DNA of 64,000 bases from Nitrospirota bacterium (GTDB taxonomy: Bacteria > Nitrospirota > UBA9217): the NCBI GenBank assembly GCA_963741205.1, contig CAVUHW010000013.1:111104-175103 (forward strand), given 5' to 3'. The notes below the pieces were generated by a model, which searched no databases, was not told the origin of the DNA, and was given only the letters and a program-made list of their open reading frames with translations. Numbering within the stretch: the stretch's first letter is position 1; the number at the start of each line of letters is the position of its first letter. The translations under genes and the position numbers were made by a program. Below are positions 36,433-47,891 of this stretch, piece by piece.

Positions 36433-37353
36433 ATGGTTACACTGACATCAGCCATCGCGCCGGTTCTTGTTCTTATCCTGCTTGGTTTCGGCCTGAGGAA
36501 GACCCATTTCCTTACGGACGATGCGTGGACGGGTCTGGAGAAGCTGACCTATTTCATATTGTTCCCCGCATTGCTCGTCCGCGAGCTGGCAAATCAAAGG
36601 CTGACCGGTGTGCCGTGGCCCCCTATCCTGCTGGTTGTACTGGGAACGCTCCTGACAGCGGCAATCGTGCTCGTCCTTTGGCAAAGGGTCCGGAAGTCGT
36701 CATCCGGTCCCGTCTTTACTTCCATATTCCAGGGAGGAGTCCGTTTCAACACCTACATTGCACTTGCCGTTGCCCAGGCAGTGTACGGCGCCGAGGGGCT
36801 CGCACTGGCTGCGGTTGCCGCCGGGTTCATGATCGTCGTGATCAACATTCTCTGTATCTCGGTGTTCGCGGTATGGGGAGAGGGCCGGGAGAGTGGGGCA
36901 AGACCGGTCATCCGGGAGGTCGTCGGCAATCCGCTGATCATCAGCTGCGCGCTCGGATGGTTGCTGAGCATGAGCCAGATAGGCCTGCCGGGAATATCGA
37001 AGGATGTCGTAGATATCGCGGCCCGGGCTGCCCTGCCGCTCGGGCTCCTGGCCGTAGGGGGTGCGCTCCGGCCCGAAGCGGTGAGAGGTCATCTCGGTCC
37101 GATCGCCGTGTCGTCGATCGTCCAGTTCGTCATCAAACCGCTTACCGCCGCGTTCATGATCTCTCTGACCGGCGTGACCGGCGTTGCCGCGGGAGCGCTG
37201 CTCATCGCGATGACGACGCCCACCGCGCCCTCGGCCGTTATCCTTGCCCGGCAGCTCGGCGGCGACACGGAAACGATGGCCTCGATCATTACGATTCAGA
37301 CCGGCATGGCGTTCCTTCTCATGCCGATCCTTGGCACTCAGCTTCCGCGATGA
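36433..37353 (+). CDS. AEC (auxin efflux carrier) family transporter
   Basis: About 10 TM helices, YFILFPALL, VRFNTYI, NPLI, LARQLGGD. Confidence 0.9.
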   Translation: MVTLTSAIAPVLVLILLGFGLRKTHFLTDDAWTGLEKLTYFILFPALLVRELANQRLTGVPWPPILLVVLGTLLTAAIVLVLWQRVRKSSSGPVFTSIFQGGVRFNTYIALAVAQAVYGAEGLALAAVAAGFMIVVINILCISVFAVWGEGRESGARPVIREVVGNPLIISCALGWLLSMSQIGLPGISKDVVDIAARAALPLGLLAVGGALRPEAVRGHLGPIAVSSIVQFVIKPLTAAFMISLTGVTGVAAGALLIAMTTPTAPSAVILARQLGGDTETMASIITIQTGMAFLLMPILGTQLPR

Positions 37354-37379
37354 ATGCAGGGATGAGGGGATGAGGCTTC

Positions 37380-37809
37380 ATGACACCAAAAAGATCAAAG
37401 ACAAATGCGATCCGAACGACGCTGATCGCCCCCTGTGGAATGAACTGTCGTCTCTGTTGCGCATATACAAGAGACAAGAAGGCATGCCCCGGTTGCCGAG
37501 GCGACGACAGCGTCAAACCAAAAACCCGCGTCACCTGCCGAATCAAGAACTGTGAGAAGATAGCGGCAAGGTAAAGTCAGGTACTGCTTCAGCTGTGACA
37601 GGTTTCCTTGCGACAGGCTGAACCACCTGGATGAGCGGTATAGAGCCAAGTATGGAATGAGTATGATTGACAATCTCGTGCACATAAAGAAGTTCGGCAT
37701 AAGACATTTCATTCGAAACGAAAAGGAACGTTGGACCTGTCCCGAGTGCGGTCAGCTGATCTGTGTTCATAAACCGCAATGCCTTATATGCGGCCGCACG
37801 TGGCGCTAG
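37380..37809 (+). CDS. DUF3795 Cys-rich protein (frameshifted)
   Basis: APCGMNCRLC, CPGCRG, CRIKNC, YCFSCDRFPC, WTCPECG. Confidence 0.8.
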
Positions 37810-37886
37810 AAATATTCCCATGGACGTACCCGTATTGAGCGATATAACTGCAAAAAAAATCTACGATCCTATTTGGAAACAACATC

Positions 37887-38412
37887 ATGGCTGACAAACG
37901 ATCCAACATCATACTGATCGGAATGCCCGGCTCGGGCAAGAGCACCGTGGGGGTGATCCTGGCAAAGCTTCTGTCGATGGGCTTCATCGATACCGATGTC
38001 CTTATCCAGACCGGGCAGGGCCGCACGCTGCAGGACATCGTCGATCATGAAGGCTACATGGTCTTGCGCAAGATCGAGGAGGACGTGCTCATAAAACTCG
38101 ATTGCCGCAATCACGTTATCGCCACCGGCGGCAGCGCGGTGTACAGCCAAGAAGCCATGGGGCATCTGAAATCGAACGGGACCGCCGTCTTTCTGAACGT
38201 GGACCTGGCTACGCTCAAATCGAGAGTTCATGATTACGATACGAGGGGTCTTGCGAAACGGCCGGACCAGAGCGTAGACGACCTCTTCGCGGAGCGGTTC
38301 GCCCTGTACCGGCGAGCATGCGGACATCACCATCGATTGCGTGGGCCTCACGCATGAGGAGGTCTGCGCACGGATCATGCAAGAGCTGGAAGCGGGAAGG
38401 GGAGTCAAGTGA
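37887..38412 (+). CDS. Second shikimate kinase family protein
   Basis: GMPGSGKST, DTD, IATGGSAVY. Confidence 0.85.
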
Positions 38413-38598
38413 GAAAAAGCGCTGAGCTTTCGGATCGGAAGCTATAGATATTTTTTACGCGGTTTAGTATAATTATATCTATCCGCGCCCGGAAAGAAGC
38501 GGTGTCAAGCCCCGGCTCACGAACAGTCAAAAAGCGGACAGCATAACGGAACGCGGGCCTTGAGGAGCATTGAAAATTCCGGATCAGGAGGTGCTGAT

Positions 38599-40797
38599 AT
38601 GATGAAAGCGATGCGTTTTCCGGGATTTCCCGCCCTGCTTCTCGCTCTTGCCGCTCTCATTACCGCGGCCGCCTGCCACAGCGGCGGCAGCGCCGCCGAT
38701 ACCGCAGACGCCCCCCTTTTCAGCCAAGCTCGTCAAGGCCTTTGACCCCGGCTGATCTGGAGAAGCGCCTCAAGGCGGAATTGATCCGCCGCTACAGCGG
38801 GAGTATGATCCGTTACAGCTATGGCGGGTCGCTTCCCGGTGGGTGGCGGCTGCGGTCATGCCCCCGACAACGTCCCAACCCGATAGCAGCACCCCCACCG
38901 CGGCCGGAGGCAATGCCGATACCAGCCACTCCAGACGAATGTGCAGGAAAAGGGAGTTGATGAAGGCGACCTGGTCAAGACGGACGGGGCCTTCATTTAC
39001 CTGGCCCGCGGCAGCGCACTTTTTCGTGTTACAGGCAAAGCCTGCCGAGCAGACCGCCCTCGTCAGCGACATAGACCTCAAGGAGTCTATCATCGAACTC
39101 CACCTTTCCGGTTCCAGGGTAACAGTCATGACAGACTCTCTATGATCATTCCCGATGATCGTATCGGGCGGGACTGCGACCGTCGTCTCCCTTGGTCTGT
39201 TCGAACGAGACGACGACGGTCGTTTCTCCTCCGCCCGGCTCGGGCGGGACGCACACACCACGGTGATTTCTCCCACTGTTGCCGGCGCTGCCCACTCATG
39301 CGCGTCCCCAGATATCAGCCGGTCACCAAAGTCTATTCCTACGACGTGACCAATCCTGTCTACGCCGGTCCTGTCGGCCAGCATCGAATTTCCCGGCAGC
39401 CTGGAGGGAAGCCGCCGCATCAACAACACCATCTATCTCGTACTCAATCATACGATCGATATTCCGAATCCGGTCAGTCCCTGGGACTATTTAACTGCCG
39501 GGATGCTCCTATGACCAGTCCGGGTATGAAATGGCAAGCAAACTGGCCCTTGAAGAAAACACCAGGAGGATCAACGAGCTGACGCTTGACGATCTCCTGT
39601 CCACCTACACTACCACCCTTTACAGCGGCGGCACCGGAACAGCCATCACGAACCCTGCCGTTTCCGCGGGCGATGTCTACATTCCTGAATTCGGCAACGG
39701 AACCGACCTTTCCCTCGTCATGAGCCTCGACCTCGGCAGCCCGGTCCCTGCAGTAGCCTCCTCGGCGGTGCTCAGTTCCTGGTGCCGCGTCTACATGAAC
39801 CAGGACAGCCTCTACCTCTCCTCGGACAACAACTGGTTGTGGATCGAGCCGATGGTCAATGCCGCCATGCCTCAAGGCAATCCCGAACCACGGACCGCAG
39901 TCCATAAATTCGCCATAGACCCCACAACGGGCAAACCTTTCTATCGCGGCAGCGGGATCGTGGACGGCTGGCTCAATGACCGGTTCAGCATGAGCGACTA
40001 CCAGGGCTATCTGCGCATCGGCACCACCCGCGGCGGGTGGTGGGGCGAGGGGATCAGCAACCAGCTGACCATCCTGGGTGAGGCAGAACGACAACCTCGT
40101 ATCAACGGGCACCGTCACGGGAATCGCCCCCGGCGAGCGCATCTATTCCATGCGCTTCGACCGGGACCGGGGCTACATGGTAACGTTCCGCCGGACCGAT
40201 CCGCTCTTTACCTTCGACCTGAGCGACCCCGCGAACCCGCGGCTCGCGGGCGAAATAACGGTAAACGGCTTTGCGACGTACATCCATCTTCTGGGCGCGA
40301 GACGAGACTTCTGACCATCGGCCAGTCCGCTGATTCAACCGGCAGGGTGAACGGCAACAAGCTCCAGCTCTTCGACGTGAGCGATTTGTCGGCGCCGACG
40401 CTGCTCTGCCGACTATGAACTGGGGCCAGGCTGGTCGGACGCCCTCTACGATCCGCATGCATTCCTCTACTACGAGCCCCTGGGCGTCCCTCCGGGATCC
40501 TCACTATCCCGTATTATAGCTATGGGGACTACATTCGACTCATACAGCACCGGCCTGGACGTCTTCGATATCGATCCTGCAGGCAGCATCACCAAGCGGG
40601 GGGTCATTTCCGCCCCGACCGTTACGACGAACTACGGCAGCTACCTCGACACGGTGGACCGCTCCGTGATCATCGGCAGCACCATCTTTTCCGTGGCCCA
40701 CCGTTCCGTTACCGCTGCTGGCGCGGACCTCCTTGATGTAAAAAAGTGGCGATCCTTCCGGAAAGCTATTCCTACGGCGGCACTATCGGCGGAATAG
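38599..40797 (+). CDS. Secreted beta-propeller domain lipoprotein (several frameshifts)
   Basis: SQTNVQEKGVDEGDLVKTDG, FSMSDY.GYLRIGTT, ERIYSMRF, VTFRRTDPLF, DRSVIIG. Confidence 0.85.
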
Positions 40798-40909
40798 TCC
40801 CGATCGGAATTCCGACCCCTTTGCGCGCCTCGACAAGGAAATGATGCGCGTGCATCCTGCTTGGACGAATGTGCTTGCATCTCTATCCCTGCATCCGGCA
40901 TAATGCCTG

Positions 40910-42467
40910 ATGCTCCTCATCTTCCCTCCTGTTGCAAAACCCTGCGAACCGCCGGCAGGCATCGCGAAGCTTGCCGGCGCGCTTAAAGCCCACGGAATAT
41001 CCTGCGAACTCCTTGACGCGAATATCGAAGGGCTGCTCCATCTTCTCGGACAAACGCAAACAGCCTCCGATACCTGGACCCGCAGGGCGGTCAAAAACAT
41101 TTCAGCGAACATCGCCGCGCTCAGAGATCCGAGGACCTATCAATCTCCCGACCGATACGACCGGGCGGTCCGGGACGTGAACCGCGTCCTCTCGGTTTCG
41201 GGCGGACACGGCGCGCTCGTCGGCCTGGCGGATTATCAGCACCGAAGTCTCTCGCCCCTGCAGAGCGCTGACCTGCTTTTTTCCGCAGCACATCCCGAAC
41301 AAAATCCCTTCTATCCGTACTTCAGCAAGCGGCTGCCGGAAATGCTCGATCGCGCGACAACCGGGATGGTCGGTCTTTCCCTGAACTTTCTGAGCCAGGC
41401 GCTCACAGCCTTCGCCATGATCGGGTTTATCAGGAAGGAATTCCCGGGAGTGAAGATCATCCTCGGCGGCGGACTGGTCGAGTTCATGGATGAAAAGGCC
41501 TGGCTTTCAGAATCCCTTCGGCGATCTCGTGGATCACTTGATCGCCGGCCCGGGAGAGGGGCCCCTGCTCGATTTGCTCGGCGTCAAAAAAGTCACGAGT
41601 CATCACTATACGCCGGATTACGCCTCACTCCCGGTCAACGATTATCTTTCACCCGGCTTCATCCTTCCCTACAGCGGGTCGAGCGGGTGCTACTGGAATA
41701 AATGCTCCTTCTGCCCCGAGACAGCAGAGGACAATCCCTATGTTTCGGTCCCCGTTCCGCAGGCAATGGCTGATCTAAGGGCACTGGCCGCGAATACGAA
41801 GCCGGTCATCATCCATCTCCTGGACAATTCGGTGAGTCCCGCGCTCATGCAGGCGCTCGCGGCCGACCCTGTCGGGGTCCCCTGGTACGGGTTCGCGAGG
41901 ATCGGCAAGGACCTGTGCGATCTCGATTACTGCATGGCCCTCAGGCGTTCTGGGTGCGTGATGCTCAAGCTCGGACTGGAATCTGGGGACCAGGGAGTTC
42001 TCGACCGGTTGAACAAGGGCATCGACCTCGAAACGGCGTCGAAGGTCTTAACGAATCTCTCGAAGGCGGGGATAGCCGCGTACGTCTATCTTCTCTTCGG
42101 CACGCCCGCTGAAACAGTGGTCGAAGCGCGGAAGACACTCGAATATGTGGCCGCTCACGCGGAGGCGATCACGTTCCTCAATCTGGCCATCTTCAATTTG
42201 CCCGTGTGCGGCGCTGAGGCCGCTCTCTATGAGACCGGTCAGTTCTATGAAGGAGACCTCTCGCTCTACAGCGGTTTCAAGCACCCGCGCGGATGGGACC
42301 GGAAGGAGGTGCGCAGATTTCTGGACGCCGAGTTCAAACGCCATCCTGCTGTAGCAGCCATCCTCAAGAACGACCCGCCGTTTTCACCTCCAATCACGCC
42401 GCTTTTTTCGCGCCCGCCTCGAGGCCGATGCCTTGAAATTTGTCTTTTTTCAGCTATAGTAAAATGA
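40910..42467 (+). CDS. B12-binding radical SAM protein (frameshifted)
   Basis: LLIFPP..PPAGIA.L, IILGGG, CYWNKCSFC, GLESG. Confidence 0.9.
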
Positions 42468-42529
42468 GTGGCATTACAAAGATCCCTCGTAACAAATCCA
42501 GCCGATGCTTCATGACAAGGAGGACAACA

Positions 42530-43598
42530 ATGAATAGCGCAAGAGGCATTACCTCACGGTTTTTTCTTAGGTTCCCGTTGATCTTCGCCGCATTGTGCAT
42601 CACTCTATTCGTCGCGAGGTCCCTGTTTGCCGCGAGCGCGGATGGAGATCTCATGGACAAGGCCAAGTCGGTCTTCGGGCCGCTCCCCGCCTCCATGCCG
42701 TCTCCGGACAATCCCATAACCCCCGCGAAGGTGAAACTGGGGAGGGTGCTTTTCTATGAATCGCGGATTTCCATCGACGGGACCGTGAGCTGCGCCAAAT
42801 GCCACCCCATGGGCCTGTACGCGGCGGACGGGCTCAAAAAGGCCGATCGGCAACAACTGCAAGGTCCTCCCGCGAAACTCGCCGACCCTCTTCAACGCGG
42901 CGGCCCAGATTTCGCAGCACTGGATCGGCAACCGGACGAGCGTCGAAGACCAGGCCAGGCAAGCGGTGACCGGGCCCCCGGCATTCGGCATGCCGTCCAA
43001 TGAATCCGTTGAGAATATCCTCAAGGGGATGAAGGGGTATGTTGCTCTGTTCAAGGAGGCCTTTCCCGGAGACAAGGACCCCGTAACCATGGAAAATTTC
43101 GCAAAGGCGGTCGGGGCGTTTGAGCGGACGCTCGTGACGCCGGCGCCCTTTGACGATTACGCCCGGGGCGATGCCGGCGCGCTGACGGCAGAGCAGAAGC
43201 GGGGATTTAAGACTTTTCTGGACACGGGGTGCATGATGTGTCATGCCGGTCCTTACTTCGGCGGCCAGATGTATCAGAAGTTCGGCATGCTGGAGCCGTA
43301 CGAGAAATACACGAAGAGCCAGCCGGTGGACGAGGGACGGTTCGCGGTCACGAAAGACCCGACCGACAAGTATGTGTTCAAAGTCCCGGTGCTCCGTAAC
43401 GTTGCCGAAACGCCGCCGTATTTTCACGACGGGTCCGTGGAAAAGCTTGAAGACGCGGTCGTAATCATGGCGAGGATCCAGCTCGGGAAGAACCTGACAA
43501 AAGAGCAGGCGGGTGACATTGTCGCTTTTCTTAAGTCATTGACCGGCAAGATTCCCGATGCGGCGCTGACCGTGCCTGTGCTGCCGTCGGAGGAATGA
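42530..43598 (+). CDS. Di-heme cytochrome c peroxidase (frameshifted)
   Basis: SCAKCH, CMMCH, RNSPT, FKVPVLRNV, PYFHDG. Confidence 0.93.
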
Positions 43599-43621
43599 GA
43601 CGGAGGCTGTCAGAAAAGGCC

Positions 43622-43701
43622 GTCATTCCCGCAACGTTTCAGAGCGGGAATCCATTTTTATCTCAGAACAATGGATCCCGATAGAGGCATTCGGGGATGA
43701 C
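43622..43701. repeat. GTCATTCC-type composite repeat
   Basis: GTCATTCCCGC..GCGGGAATCCAT...ATGGATCCCGA..TCGGGGATGAC. Confidence 0.85.
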
Positions 43702-43754
43702 AACTCTGATCGACTTAATGAAAACGTTTTACGAAAATCCGAAGGAGGTCCGGC

Positions 43755-44276
43755 ATGGGCAATCTGATCCAGGGAGACCTGGTGCGGCACGAGCGGTTCG
43801 GCATCGGACGCATCGAAGAAATATCGGGTGCGGGGGTAAGCCGGGATTGCGTTGTCTATTTCTCCCGCATGGACAAAAGAACCTCCGTATCGGAAGATGA
43901 CCTCGTCGTGCTGTCCGAAGCGGAGACAACGGCCTACGAAATGATGAAGCTCGCGGTGTATGAAGTAAATCGCGAGGACCTCCCCAAGATGGAATTGGGT
44001 GCGCGCTGGCAGGACGGGGAAATGATTTTGAAGCCCGGCGATCCGAAGCTGGCGGCAAAGAGCGTGCCCATCGAGACCTTTTTCCATAAGATCGTGATGG
44101 TCCGCGATCGCCTGCGGGTCATGGAGGCGCAGATCAATTCACACAAGCTCCTTTCGGACGGCGAGAAAGTCGATTTTCAGCAATACATCACGCGCATCTA
44201 CGGTTCGCTTACCACATTCAATGTCCTGTTCAAGGACAAGGAAGATCACTTCATCGGCCAGAAGGGAGATGTTTGA
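43755..44276 (+). CDS. Conserved hypothetical protein (N-terminal HxxFGxG beta domain plus helical C-terminus)
   Basis: RBS GGAGG; VRHERFGIG; FFHKIVMVRDRLRV..YITRIYGSLTTFN. Confidence 0.75.
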   Translation: MGNLIQGDLVRHERFGIGRIEEISGAGVSRDCVVYFSRMDKRTSVSEDDLVVLSEAETTAYEMMKLAVYEVNREDLPKMELGARWQDGEMILKPGDPKLAAKSVPIETFFHKIVMVRDRLRVMEAQINSHKLLSDGEKVDFQQYITRIYGSLTTFNVLFKDKEDHFIGQKGDV

Positions 44277-44429
44277 AGAGCGCGATATTTAGCGGCGTGA
44301 TACTTTATGATTAGCCGCTTACTCATCCCCTCCGTAACGATCGTCATTATGGTAATTTGCAGTTCTTCGGAATTGTCTTGAAAAGAGCGGTGGAAGAGGG
44401 ATAAAATCCCATACCTTGGGGGATTAACT

Positions 44430-44978
44430 ATGAAGCGGGTTCTCATACCAGGATTCCTGATCATACTGATCGGATTGGTTACGATCTCCGGTTGCGGGGG
44501 TAGCAGCGGCGGAGGATCCGCCCCGCCCCCCGCAGCCGCGTCCGTGCCCTCATCAGCGTCGGCGGCGAAGGCGATAATAACGCTTTCGACCCAGGGCACG
44601 CTTACTGCGCCCGCCCTGATCGGCAGTATTGACGGCGTCGTTAACCTGCCGGCGAACGTGACGGTCAAGGCAAGCGCTCAAGACAGTTTGATAACCGACA
44701 CCAGCGTGGTTTCCGCCGTTGGCGCAGCCGCTGGAGCGGAAAAGGCGCAATATATCTACGGGACATCGGCGACGGGGACTACACACAGCGTCCACGTCTT
44801 CATCGCAAAAACCGCCGGTTTTACGACCGGCGACTTTGCGACGGTGATCTGCGATATTGCCCCAGGGAGCAGCCCTCCAACAGCCGACTTCAGCCTTGCC
44901 GGTTTCACGGTTGTTGATTCGCTGAGCGGCCTGGCCCTCTCCGGCCTGACGGTAAATTTTAACGTCGTTCTCCAGTAA
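44430..44978 (+). CDS. Lipoprotein with a possible cohesin-like beta-sandwich
   Basis: Lipobox ISGC, GGSSGGGS linker, beta-strand-rich body. Confidence 0.7.
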   Translation: MKRVLIPGFLIILIGLVTISGCGGSSGGGSAPPPAAASVPSSASAAKAIITLSTQGTLTAPALIGSIDGVVNLPANVTVKASAQDSLITDTSVVSAVGAAAGAEKAQYIYGTSATGTTHSVHVFIAKTAGFTTGDFATVICDIAPGSSPPTADFSLAGFTVVDSLSGLALSGLTVNFNVVLQ

Positions 44979-45179
44979 CTCGCCGGGCAAGACTGAAGCG
45001 ATCATCCTGGTTTCCATAACACGGCATCTTTATACAAGGGATCTGAACGGCGACGGCAAGCAAGACTCCCTCGATTACATCTTCACGGCGAACTTTATCG
45101 CCGCGCGACAGAAAAAGTAAAAGTGTCTCCGGCACTATGCAGGTAATGAAGTCGTCCGATTGCGGCGGGAGGCCGCGCT

Positions 45180-45782
45180 ATGAATATCGAGCCCATCAAC
45201 GTGTTGCTGATAGAAGACAGCCCCGATGACGCCCTTCTTATCAGCAAGTCCCTGGCCGGCGCTATGAAGACGCCCTACGGGTTCAAACATGTCGGGAAAC
45301 TGACTGACGGCATGGAATGCCTGGCGGGAGGGGGCATCGATATCGTGCTTTTGGACCTTGGGCTGCCGGACGGCCGCGGCATCAGCACCTTTGCCGTGCT
45401 GCATAAACACTCGCCCGATGTCCCGGTAATCGTTCTGACCGGCCACGATGATGAAGAACTCGCCATCGAGGCCGTTCAAAAAGGCGCACAGGACTATCTC
45501 GTGAAGGGGAAGGTCGACGGTGGGCTCCTGCGGCGCTCCATCCGCTATGCGATCGAACGGCAGAAACTGCGCACCCAACTGAAGCAGTCGATGAAGGAGA
45601 TCAACACACTGCGGGGCTTCCTGCCCATCTGCGCGAATTGTAAAAAGATCCGTGACGACCACGGCTATTGGACCCAGATCGAAACGTATATCAGCATGCA
45701 CTCGGAAGCGGAATTCAGCCACGGCCTCTGTCCCGAATGTGTTGTCAAGCTCTACGGAAATGAAATCGGGAAAAAAGAATGA
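45180..45782 (+). CDS. Response regulator with a C-terminal Cys/His (Zn-finger-like) domain
   Basis: LLIEDS, LLDLGLPD, DYLVK; LPICANCKKIRD...SHGLCPEC. Confidence 0.9.
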   Translation: MNIEPINVLLIEDSPDDALLISKSLAGAMKTPYGFKHVGKLTDGMECLAGGGIDIVLLDLGLPDGRGISTFAVLHKHSPDVPVIVLTGHDDEELAIEAVQKGAQDYLVKGKVDGGLLRRSIRYAIERQKLRTQLKQSMKEINTLRGFLPICANCKKIRDDHGYWTQIETYISMHSEAEFSHGLCPECVVKLYGNEIGKKE

Positions 45783-45971
45783 CAAAGGCTGTCGGGCACC
45801 CGTCTCTCAAATCGACGCCTTTCGAGCGCCCTGCCTCTGGAACACCGTATCATCCAGCCTCCCTCATCGCCGTTCGCTGTCCACGGCGCATGCCCGAAGC
45901 GGAAGCGTCACGCCGGCGTCATGATATTTTCTGTTGTATTAGCAAGCCATTTGGAATAAATTACTTTGTCC

Positions 45972-47006
45972 ATGTCTGAATCCTCTGTCCCTTATAAAAT
46001 TCGTGGCCTGGTGTTGACGGCCCTCTTGATCGTGCTCTGGCTCGTCCTGGGCATGGTCTTCCTGGAACGGTTCATCCCGCCCTTTGACCGGCTCGAGCCG
46101 TGGCTCATGCCGTGGAAGGGCCTGATCCCTCAGGAGGCCACTCTCGACCGGCGTCTTTATCTCATGCAGAGCCAGCTCGATGCGTCCAGCAGGGTCGCCC
46201 ATTACGCGCTGGTCATCATGATCGCGTCCTTTGCCGCGCTCAGCATGTACTTGTCCGTCGTCTACCAGCAAAAGCAGAGGAGGGCGCGCGAGAACATGCT
46301 GCTCATGCTGAAAAATCAGGAAATAGCCCGGCGCAACGAATTTATCCGCTATATCTCGGCGACCATCGGGCATGAATTCAAGAACAACCTGGGGAGGATC
46401 AAACGGAGGATCGATCTGCTCCCCGATCTTCCGCCGGAGGCGCAGGAGCGCATCGACGACAACCTGGACAAGCTCTTTGCCGATATCGATATCTTCAAAA
46501 AGATCTCCGATAAACGCGAAGAGGGCCTCGTGGAGTTCAAGAATATCGACATCCAGGCCATGCTCGGCGATCTGACGCCTCATTACGGCGACCTCGCCGA
46601 TATCACGACCGTCGAAGGGGCGACCGTGCCCATGATCTATGCCGCCCCGCCGCTCTTAAAGACGGTCTTTGAAAATCTGATCGACAACTCCATCAAGTAT
46701 AAAAAACCGGACCAGGCCCGCGCGCGCGTGCGCGTCGCGTGCGAGATCGACCGGGACGGAACCAGGCGCTATGTGACGATTTCGTTCCGGGACGAGGGGA
46801 TCGGCATGGACGAACAGCAGGCGGACCAGTGTTTTTACAAGGGGAGGACCACCGGCGAGGGATGGGGCCAGGGGCTTTACTATGTCAAATACGTCATAGG
46901 CCTCCATGCCGGGAAAATCAGGATCGGGAAGGAATATACCGCCCCGGGGGTCGGCACGGAGATAATCATCAAACTCCCCTTCGTAGAGGAGGCGCCGGAT
47001 GTTTAG
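45972..47006 (+). CDS. Two-TM sensor histidine kinase
   Basis: IGHEFKNNL, ENLIDNSIKY, DEGIGM, GWGQGL. Confidence 0.9.
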   Translation: MSESSVPYKIRGLVLTALLIVLWLVLGMVFLERFIPPFDRLEPWLMPWKGLIPQEATLDRRLYLMQSQLDASSRVAHYALVIMIASFAALSMYLSVVYQQKQRRARENMLLMLKNQEIARRNEFIRYISATIGHEFKNNLGRIKRRIDLLPDLPPEAQERIDDNLDKLFADIDIFKKISDKREEGLVEFKNIDIQAMLGDLTPHYGDLADITTVEGATVPMIYAAPPLLKTVFENLIDNSIKYKKPDQARARVRVACEIDRDGTRRYVTISFRDEGIGMDEQQADQCFYKGRTTGEGWGQGLYYVKYVIGLHAGKIRIGKEYTAPGVGTEIIIKLPFVEEAPDV

Positions 47007-47891
47007 GGTGCTGATCGCCGACGACGACTTCGAGGACCGGGAGCTGCTGAAACTCGAAATACAGAAAGCGCTTCAGCGAAGAGGAGCCCGACCTCCGGTT
47101 TCAGGAGGCGCCCAGCGTCCGGCAAGCCCTCAAGGTCCTGACGGCGCAGATCGTCGACCTGCTGACGCTCGATATCGAGTTTGACCGGCTGAACGAAGGC
47201 ATCGACGCCCTGCCCGAGCTTTTCGAAACCTATCCGACGCTGAACATCATCGTCATCAGCGGCAAACTCGATAAAAGCGAGGTGTCGGAACGGCTCTTCC
47301 GCTTTACGAAGGACAACGTCCTGAAGGGCAAACGCTGGGCCCGGCATTTCGACGTCCTCGACAAGAAGGACGACAAAACCGAGGCCTTGCGCCGCGCCTA
47401 TGCCTTTGCCGTCAAGCAGCGGGAGGGCGCGGACAGCATCCGGGAACTGTTTCTCCTTGCCGAATCCTATCTCGAGAAGAACATGCTCGACAAGTGCCTG
47501 GAGGTCTATCAGAAAATACAGCGCCTGGCCCCCGGCGAAGTAGAGTCGGGGGAGAACATCCGCATCGTCAAGGGGGACGTATCCGCACAGCAGGCGCTGG
47601 ACTATTTCCGGGCAGGAGAGAAGGTCGTGGCCGCCCTACTGCTGGGCTATCATCTTGAAAACCGTCTGAGGGCGTTCACCGCAGCGGCGCTCGGCACGGA
47701 CGCTTCCGACGCTCATTGAAGGGTTGAAGGAGATGGACCAGGGCCGCCGCATCAGCCACTTCAAGAAGGAACTGTTCAGCGACCTGGTAGGCCTGCGAAA
47801 CAAGGCCATCCACCAGCCGACCAACGTCACTGAGGCGGATTTCCAGGCGGCGGTGAAAAAACTTGCCCTGCTGGAGGAAACAGCGCCATGA
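46999..47891 (+). CDS. Response regulator with REC + TPR-like + HEPN/DUF4145-like domain (frameshifts near 47075 and 47705)
   Basis: VLIADDD..LLTLDIEF..IIVISG..LDK; LAESYLEKNMLDKCLEVYQKIQRLAP; AALLLGYHLENRLR..LRNKAIH. Confidence 0.75.
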
